Shown here piece after piece: positions 57,910 to 64,000 of a stretch of DNA of 64,000 nucleotides (position 1 is the first letter of the stretch; the number at the start of each line of letters is the position of its first letter). The stretch covers positions 32,001 to 96,000 of the IMG/VR virus record IMGVR_UViG_3300036770_001342. One strand, written 5' to 3'. The notes below the pieces were generated by a model, which was not told the origin of the DNA, made no database searches, and saw nothing but the letters and a program-made list of their open reading frames with translations. The position numbers and the translations under genes were made by a program. This stretch comes from a virus.

Positions 57910-59712
57910 ATGCCATTTAAAAAGAAATTTGTTAACAAATCGGGTATTTCTAGCCCTATATCAGGTGCCAATAGCAATAGCGGCGCTTGGAATGGTGGTG
58001 CAGGACAGAATGTAAACCCAACAGGTGGCTGGAATAATAATGATTTTGGTTATAAAAATTATATGTCACGTTTGCCGGAAGTATATACCGGACATCCAAA
58101 CAGAATTGAGCGTTATAATCAATATGAAATGATGGATGTTGATGCTGAAATTAACGCTTGCTTAGACATTATCAGCGAATTCAGTACACAGAAAAACGAA
58201 CACAACAAAACACCATTTAATCTAGAATTTAAAATTGATCCCACACCGCACGAAATTAATATACTAAAAGAGCAGTTACAACAGTGGTGTAAATTAAACG
58301 AATTTGATCAGAGAATTTTTAAAATATTCCGTAACGTCATCAAGTATGGCGATCAAGTATTTGTACGCGATCCAGAAAACTTTAAGTTATATTGGGTCGA
58401 TATGGTTAAAGTTATTAAAGTTATTGTTAACGAAAGTGAAGGTAAACTTCCAGAACAATATGTACTAAAAGATTTAAACATTAATCTACAAAATTTATCA
58501 GTTGCACAGAAAACTAATACAGATTTTGCTGCTAACCCAGCAACTGGATTAGGCGGTACTGGTGGCGGTACAAATACACCTTATACAGTACCTGCAATGC
58601 CATATAATACGACTGGATCACGTTTCACATTAGGTCAAAGTGAAAGTGCTATAGACGCGAAACACATAGTTCATTTAAGTTTAACTGAAGGGCTTGACCG
58701 CTTTTGGCCTTTTGGTCAGTCTATATTAGAAAACATCTTTAAAGTATACAAGCAGAAAGAATTGCTTGAAGATGCGGTATTGATCTATCGTGTACAACGT
58801 GCACCAGAACGCAGACTATTCAAAATTGATGTTGGTAACATGCCAAGTCACATGGCTATGGCTTATGTAGAACGTATTAAAAATGAAATACACCAACGCA
58901 GAATTCCAAGTGTTTATGGTGGTCAATCAATCGTAGATGCTACCTATAATCCACTATCAATGAACGAAGATTACTTCTTCCCAGTCACCGCAGACGGTCG
59001 CGGATCAAGTGTAGAAGTTATGCCTGGTGGACAGAATTTAGGCGAAATTGATGACTTGCGTTACTTTAATAACAGATTGGCACGTGGTTTACGTGTACCA
59101 AGCAGTTATCTACCAACTGGACCAGACGATAGCCAAACACCATTAAGTGATGGTCGTGTTGGTACAGCAATGATTCAAGAATATCGCTTTAATCAATATT
59201 GCGAAAGATTACAAAGTTATATTGCAACTAAACTAGACGAAGAATTTAAGTTATTCTTACGTTGGAGAGGCTTCAATATAGATAGTGGATTGTTTCAATT
59301 AGAATTTAATCCACCGCAAAACTTTGCCGCCTATCGCCAAAGTGAATTAGATACAGCAAGAGTAAACGTATTCAGTTCAATTGAACAATTGCCATATATC
59401 AGTAAGCGTTTTGCTATGGAACGTTTCTTAGGTCTTACAGAAGATGAAATCAATAAGAACGAAAAATTATGGCGTGAAGAGAACGGCAAAGAAGTACTTG
59501 AAGAGCCATCAGGTAGCGATCTACGCAGTGTAGGCGTCAGTGTTAGCGACATTGAATCGGATACAGAAACTGGTGAACAAATGGCAGAACCAGAAGCGGG
59601 AACAGAACAAGGTGCTGAAGTTGCAGGTCCCGTTGCTGGAGGAGCAGGTGGCGCACCCGGTGGCACAGCAGCACCAACAGCGCCAGCCACTCCCGCAAGT
59701 CCTCCAGCATAA
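57910..59712 (+). CDS. gp20: Portal vertex protein, T4 gp20-like
   Basis: LLEDAVLIYRVQRAPERRLFKIDVGNMP, EDYFFP, GGQNLGEIDD..YF...L..GL.VP.S. Confidence 0.95.
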   Translation: MPFKKKFVNKSGISSPISGANSNSGAWNGGAGQNVNPTGGWNNNDFGYKNYMSRLPEVYTGHPNRIERYNQYEMMDVDAEINACLDIISEFSTQKNEHNKTPFNLEFKIDPTPHEINILKEQLQQWCKLNEFDQRIFKIFRNVIKYGDQVFVRDPENFKLYWVDMVKVIKVIVNESEGKLPEQYVLKDLNINLQNLSVAQKTNTDFAANPATGLGGTGGGTNTPYTVPAMPYNTTGSRFTLGQSESAIDAKHIVHLSLTEGLDRFWPFGQSILENIFKVYKQKELLEDAVLIYRVQRAPERRLFKIDVGNMPSHMAMAYVERIKNEIHQRRIPSVYGGQSIVDATYNPLSMNEDYFFPVTADGRGSSVEVMPGGQNLGEIDDLRYFNNRLARGLRVPSSYLPTGPDDSQTPLSDGRVGTAMIQEYRFNQYCERLQSYIATKLDEEFKLFLRWRGFNIDSGLFQLEFNPPQNFAAYRQSELDTARVNVFSSIEQLPYISKRFAMERFLGLTEDEINKNEKLWREENGKEVLEEPSGSDLRSVGVSVSDIESDTETGEQMAEPEAGTEQGAEVAGPVAGGAGGAPGGTAAPTAPATPASPPA

Positions 59713-59720
59713 ATAATATT

Positions 59721-59945
59721 ATGAAACTATTGGAAATGTTCAATCCACCTGTTCCTGGATTTCAAGATGTTAATACAGACAATAGTAAACCAACTTGGCG
59801 CACAAGCCGCAAAACTAAACTGACTTTAAAGCAATTAAGAAAGTTAAGAAAGATGTTGGATGTTCGTAATTATGAAAAGAAAGAATATCTAAAAAAAGTC
59901 AAAGAGCAGTATAGTCAAGCAAATAACGCTCAACCATCAGCCTAA
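59721..59945 (+). CDS. Small basic protein after the portal (possible prohead core protein)
   Basis: 74 aa, RKTKLTLKQLRKLRK; preceded by CATAAATA at 59708-15. Confidence 0.6.
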   Translation: MKLLEMFNPPVPGFQDVNTDNSKPTWRTSRKTKLTLKQLRKLRKMLDVRNYEKKEYLKKVKEQYSQANNAQPSA

Positions 59946-60009
59946 TTTTGTAAAAAACACCAAAAACGTAAAAAAATCGCACTTATTGAACAGTTTTTAG
60001 TGATACTCA

Positions 60010-60016
60010 CTAAATA
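60010..60016 (+). promoter_or_regulatory. Late-promoter-like CTAAATA for the head operon
   Basis: Intergenic, followed by an AGGAGA RBS before ATG 60053. Confidence 0.55.
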
Positions 60017-60052
60017 ATTCTACAAAGCCATTTACATCCAGGAGAATCAAAA

Positions 60053-60859
60053 ATGGAAAATAAGAAATACGAGCAGCTTATTGACCTAATCATCAATGAG
60101 CAGGAAGACAAGGCACGTGAACTATTTCACGAAATCGTCGTAGAAAAGTCCAGAGAAATCTATGAGTCAATCATGGATGAAGAAGTTATGGCAGAAGCCC
60201 ATGGCGAAGAAGATATGGACGAAGGAATGCATGGTCAAGTCGGTGATTTATTAGACGAAATTAACGTCGAAGAAACCGGCATGACTGAAGAAGAATCAGA
60301 CGATATTCAGTTTGACGATGAAGCCGAAGAAGCCGGTGACGAACTTACTCACGATGCAGAAGAAATGCACGATGAAGAAGGTTCAGTTGACAAGGCTGAA
60401 TTAGGCGACATTAAGGACAAATTAGATGATCTAATGGCTGAATTCGAAGCCCTAATGAGCGGCGGCGAAGGCAGCGAAGAGGAAGAAGTTGTAGGTGATG
60501 AAGAAGAAGTCGTTGCTGAAGCAGTAAATCTAAAGCAAGTAGGCGGTAAAACTTACAACACTTTCGGTAAGATGGGTGATGACGGCGCAGATAAGAAGAG
60601 CCCAGTACCAGCAAATTCAGGCGCAAAGGGAATGGACAGCAAGCCTGTTAAATTCTCAGGCGATCATGAGGCTGTCCCAACTGGTCCAAAAGGCCCAAGC
60701 AATGCATATGCAAAAGGCGAAAAGGATCTTCCAGGCGCAGGCAACTTTAAGAATGTTCCAGGTAAGGACAATTTTAAAGAAAAAGGCGAATCAGCACCTA
60801 AGGCAGTTACATCACAGGCTAGTGGTGTAAACAACAAAAGCCCAGTTGCTAAGGGCTAA
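60053..60859 (+). CDS. Acidic prohead core protein (gp67-like position)
   Basis: Very Glu/Asp-rich N-terminal two-thirds, Lys/Pro/Gly-rich tail; lies between portal and protease. Confidence 0.55.
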   Translation: MENKKYEQLIDLIINEQEDKARELFHEIVVEKSREIYESIMDEEVMAEAHGEEDMDEGMHGQVGDLLDEINVEETGMTEEESDDIQFDDEAEEAGDELTHDAEEMHDEEGSVDKAELGDIKDKLDDLMAEFEALMSGGEGSEEEEVVGDEEEVVAEAVNLKQVGGKTYNTFGKMGDDGADKKSPVPANSGAKGMDSKPVKFSGDHEAVPTGPKGPSNAYAKGEKDLPGAGNFKNVPGKDNFKEKGESAPKAVTSQASGVNNKSPVAKG

Positions 60860-60880
60860 TAAAAGGTAACTTGGAGAACA

Positions 60881-61522
60881 ATGGCTTTGTATCTACGAGA
60901 ACACCTAACGTTTGATAGAGCAAACATGATCGTTGAGTCTGTCAATGAACAGGGCACCGATCTAAAGACCCTCTATATGAAGGGCATCTTTATTCAGGGC
61001 GGGGTAAAGAACGCGAACGAGCGTGTTTATCCCGTTTCTGAAATTGAAAATGCTGTAACTACTTTAAACAAACAAATACATGAAGGTTACTCTGTATTGG
61101 GTGAAGTTGATCACCCAGATGATCTAAAGATCAATTTAGACCGTGTGTCACACATGATCACAAGTATGTGGATGGATGGCGCAAACGGTTTCGGCAAACT
61201 AAAGATTTTACCAACTCCAATGGGTCAATTAGTAAAGACTATGTTGGAGAGTGGTGTGAAACTAGGCGTTTCAAGTCGTGGATCAGGTAATGTAAGCGAC
61301 TTAGACGGCAAAGTAAGTGATTTTGAAATAATCACTGTTGATATAGTTGCACAACCAAGCGCACCTAATGCATATCCTAAAGCAATTTATGAAAGCCTCA
61401 TGAATATGAAGCACGGTCATAAAGTTTTAGAAATTGCTAGAGACGCAAGGGGCAACAAAAAGGTACAAAATTACTTGGGCGAGGAAGTAAAACGCCTCAT
61501 CAAGGAATTGAAAATTAAATAA
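60881..61522 (+). CDS. gp21: Prohead protease, T4 gp21-like
   Basis: GIFIQG..KNANERVYP, GEVDHP, LGVSSRGSG, VDIVAQPSAPNA. Confidence 0.95.
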   Translation: MALYLREHLTFDRANMIVESVNEQGTDLKTLYMKGIFIQGGVKNANERVYPVSEIENAVTTLNKQIHEGYSVLGEVDHPDDLKINLDRVSHMITSMWMDGANGFGKLKILPTPMGQLVKTMLESGVKLGVSSRGSGNVSDLDGKVSDFEIITVDIVAQPSAPNAYPKAIYESLMNMKHGHKVLEIARDARGNKKVQNYLGEEVKRLIKELKIK

Positions 61523-61530
61523 TAGGGGAT

Positions 61531-62649
61531 ATGAGCATGTTAGATGCTATCAAACCATTACTAGAAAGTGGTCTAATCAACGAAGATGTCGGCAACGAAC
61601 TTAATAAGTTGTGGGAATCAAAGTTGATGGAAGCCCGCGATCAAGTGCGTGGCGAACTCCGTGAAGAGTTTGCACAACGTTACGAACATGATCGTACTGT
61701 TATGGTAGAAGCCCTTGACAAGATGATGACCGAAAATCTCGCAACTGAAATTTCAGAATTTCATGAAGAGAGAAAGGCATTTAACGAAGATAGAGTAAAA
61801 GCCAAAGTACAATTACAAGAACACGCAAGCAAATTCAATGATTTTCTTGTTACTAAATTAGCAGAAGAAATTCGTGAGTTGCGTAATGATCGTAAAGTGT
61901 ATATGGAAAATCAACAAAAACTTGAAAAATTTGTAGTTCATGCTCTTGCAAAAGAGATTAAAGAATTTACACAAGATAAACAAGCAGTTGTTGAGGCTCG
62001 TGTCAAGTTAGTTGCTGAAGGTCGTGAAAAACTAGAAGCATTAAAACAAAAATTTATTGCTGAAAGCGCAAGTCGTGTAAAATCACTAGTTGCGTCACAT
62101 CTTGAAGGTGAACTATCACAGTTGAAGGAAGATATTAAATCAGCCCGTGAAAATAACTTTGGACGCAAATTGTTTGAAGCATTCGCTAGCGAGTATTCAG
62201 TAACTTATCTAAACGATAAGGCTGAAGCACGTAAGTTAATGAAGGCAATGGAAGAAAAAGAAAAGGCATTGGCTGAAGCAGCAAAAGTTGCCCAAGAGGC
62301 AGTCAAACTTGCTGAATCAAAGGATCGTGAAGTCCGCATTATTAAAGAATCAACTCAGCGTGAAAAGGAAATGGAAAAACTTCTTGCTCCTTTAAACAAA
62401 GAGAAGGCTGAAGTAATGAAGGCTTTACTAGAAAGCGTACAAACACCAAAATTACAGTCCGCTTTCGATAAGTATTTACCAGCAGTTCTTAACACTGGAA
62501 ACCCAAAGGCAGGCGCTAAAACTGCCCTAACAGAAAGTGTTATTAAAGAAGTGACTGGTGATAAAGAAACTGCCAAAAAAGAAGTTGAAAAAGATCCGGT
62601 TGTTGAAAACAACTTGATTGATTTCAAGCGTCTGGCAGGGCTTAAGTAA
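61531..62649 (+). CDS. gp22: Prohead scaffolding protein, T4 gp22-like
   Basis: Long charged coiled coil between protease and capsid genes. Confidence 0.75.
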   Translation: MSMLDAIKPLLESGLINEDVGNELNKLWESKLMEARDQVRGELREEFAQRYEHDRTVMVEALDKMMTENLATEISEFHEERKAFNEDRVKAKVQLQEHASKFNDFLVTKLAEEIRELRNDRKVYMENQQKLEKFVVHALAKEIKEFTQDKQAVVEARVKLVAEGREKLEALKQKFIAESASRVKSLVASHLEGELSQLKEDIKSARENNFGRKLFEAFASEYSVTYLNDKAEARKLMKAMEEKEKALAEAAKVAQEAVKLAESKDREVRIIKESTQREKEMEKLLAPLNKEKAEVMKALLESVQTPKLQSAFDKYLPAVLNTGNPKAGAKTALTESVIKEVTGDKETAKKEVEKDPVVENNLIDFKRLAGLK

Positions 62650-62672
62650 GACATAATTAGGAGATAATGAAA

Positions 62673-63869
62673 ATGTCAAAAGTACTCTTAGAAAGCCGTT
62701 GGGACGAGACCAAGGAAGCCCTACTAGAAGGCTTGAAAGGAACTCGCCGCGGAACAATGGGTGTAGTATTAGAAAACACTCGCAAACAGTTGCTCGCAGA
62801 ATCTACTGCTGGCACAACAACTGCTGGTAATATCGCAACTCTAAATCGCGTTATTCTTCCAGTAATTCGTCGTGTTATGCCAACTGTTATTGCTAACGAA
62901 CTAGTCGGCGTACAGCCAATGACTGGTCCAGTTGGTCAAATCCACACATTACGTGTACGTTATGCTAACAGCTTGCAGGATAACTCAGCAGCACAAACAT
63001 CAGTAACAGCTGGTGAAGAAGCATTGAGCCCATTCAAGATTGCACAGGCATACTCACGTACAACTCTATCTGCTCCAAGCACTAATGCATACACTGGTGC
63101 CGACACAGCAACATTAGAGGGTAACGGTGGTAAGCAAATCAGCGTACAAATCTTACGTCAGGCTGTTGAAGCCAAATCACGTAAGTTGCAAGCACGCTGG
63201 ACATTTGAAGCAGCACAAGACGCACAATCACAACACGGTATTGACGTTGAAGCAGAAATCATGGCAGCACTTGCTCAAGAAATCACTGCTGAAATCGATC
63301 AAGAAATCTTGTTGTCATTGCGCACTCTTGCTTCAACTGAGTTCACATACAACCAAGCAACTGTATCAGGTACAGCAACTTATGTTGGTGACGAACACGC
63401 TGCTCTAGCAGTTCTAATCAACCGCGTTGCAAACTTGATTGCACAGCGCACTCGTCGTGGTGCAGGTAACTGGGCTGTTGTTTCATCAGCTTCATTAACT
63501 GTTCTACAGTCAGCAACAACTTCAGCATTCGCAAGAACAACTGAAGGCACATTCGAAGCACCAACTAACACTAAGTTTGTTGGTACATTGAACGGTGCAA
63601 TGCGCGTATTCGTTGACTCATATGCCCCAGATACACAGGCTGTTCTAGTCGGTTATAAGGGTTCAAGTGAGACAGACGCAGCAGCATTCTACTGCCCATA
63701 CATTCCATTGATGAGCAGTGGCGTTGTTCTAGATCCATCAACATTCGAACCAGTCGTGTCATTCATGACACGTTATGGCTATATCGAATTAACTAACACT
63801 GCTTCAAGCTTCGGCAACGCAGCAGACTACGTTGGTGAGATCGCTGTACAGAACCTAACTTTCCAATAA
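62673..63869 (+). CDS. gp23: Major capsid protein, T4 gp23-like
   Basis: IRRVMP..IANELVGVQPMTGPVGQI, AKSRKLQARWT.E.AQD, EITAEIDQEI, AFYCPYIPL, MTRYG. Start placed at ATG 62673 by AGGAG spacing. Confidence 0.96.
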   Translation: MSKVLLESRWDETKEALLEGLKGTRRGTMGVVLENTRKQLLAESTAGTTTAGNIATLNRVILPVIRRVMPTVIANELVGVQPMTGPVGQIHTLRVRYANSLQDNSAAQTSVTAGEEALSPFKIAQAYSRTTLSAPSTNAYTGADTATLEGNGGKQISVQILRQAVEAKSRKLQARWTFEAAQDAQSQHGIDVEAEIMAALAQEITAEIDQEILLSLRTLASTEFTYNQATVSGTATYVGDEHAALAVLINRVANLIAQRTRRGAGNWAVVSSASLTVLQSATTSAFARTTEGTFEAPTNTKFVGTLNGAMRVFVDSYAPDTQAVLVGYKGSSETDAAAFYCPYIPLMSSGVVLDPSTFEPVVSFMTRYGYIELTNTASSFGNAADYVGEIAVQNLTFQ

Positions 63870-63894
63870 TAGTTGGATTGTTGTTCAAAAGATT

Positions 63895-63921
63895 GGGCGC
63901 CTTGTGCGCCCTTTCTTTTTT
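63895..63921 (+). terminator. Intrinsic terminator after the major capsid gene
   Basis: GGGCGC-cttgt-GCGCCC followed by TTTCTTTTTT. Confidence 0.8.
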
Positions 63922-64000
63922 ATGTTATGGTAATGTCTGCGTCTACAGTCATGTTCATAACTGATTTACGACCTTTTTTCAAACGTTTTTGATATAGACT
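63920..64000 (-). CDS. 3' end of a convergent gene entering from outside the window
   Basis: Open frame SLYQKRLKKGRKSVMNMTVDADITIT* ending at the terminator. Confidence 0.4.
   Translation of the reverse strand, partial: SLYQKRLKKGRKSVMNMTVDADITIT

Noticed and set aside
54211-63762. Short alternative-frame and antisense ORFs within the tape measure and head genes
   Set aside because: Fully contained in well-supported genes; they reflect low-complexity or biased codon usage.
1-64000. Stop-codon reassignment, tRNA genes, introns, inteins or mobile endonucleases
   Set aside because: Genes are full length in the standard code and end in TAA, TAG and TGA. No cloverleaf or HNH/GIY-YIG/LAGLIDADG motif was seen, and the core genes are uninterrupted.

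Overview
This window is a 64-kb segment of a large, AT-rich, T4-like myovirus (probably a jumbo phage) read in the standard genetic code. Positions 1-14 kb (minus strand) hold a tightly packed enzyme cluster: a nucleotidyltransferase, a cupin, three SGNH-like proteins, two glycosyltransferase-like paralogs, four radical-SAM enzymes with N-terminal Cys/His auxiliary domains, and three further glycosyltransferase-like genes. Positions 14-47.9 kb (minus) are tail fibre and baseplate genes, including a 6437-aa wedge/fibre protein and gp6-, gp25-, gp5-, hub-, gp53- and gp48-like genes. Positions 48-52.3 kb (plus) encode a gp55-like late sigma factor, gp47/gp46 and an Hjc-like resolvase, followed by about 410 nt of densely base-paired non-coding sequence. 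A gp26/gp51-like pair follows on the minus strand. From 53.9 kb (plus) come the tape measure, portal, core, protease, scaffold and major capsid genes. The most notable observations are: (1) four TonB-box-like motifs in disordered segments of two tail-hub proteins; (2) the radical-SAM/glycosylation cluster downstream of the tail genes behind late-promoter-like motifs; (3) the candidate structured ncRNA; (4) a candidate -1 frameshift joining the gp26- and gp51-like ORFs; (5) nested domain insertions in the giant protein. All family calls come from motif recognition by eye; no database search was run.
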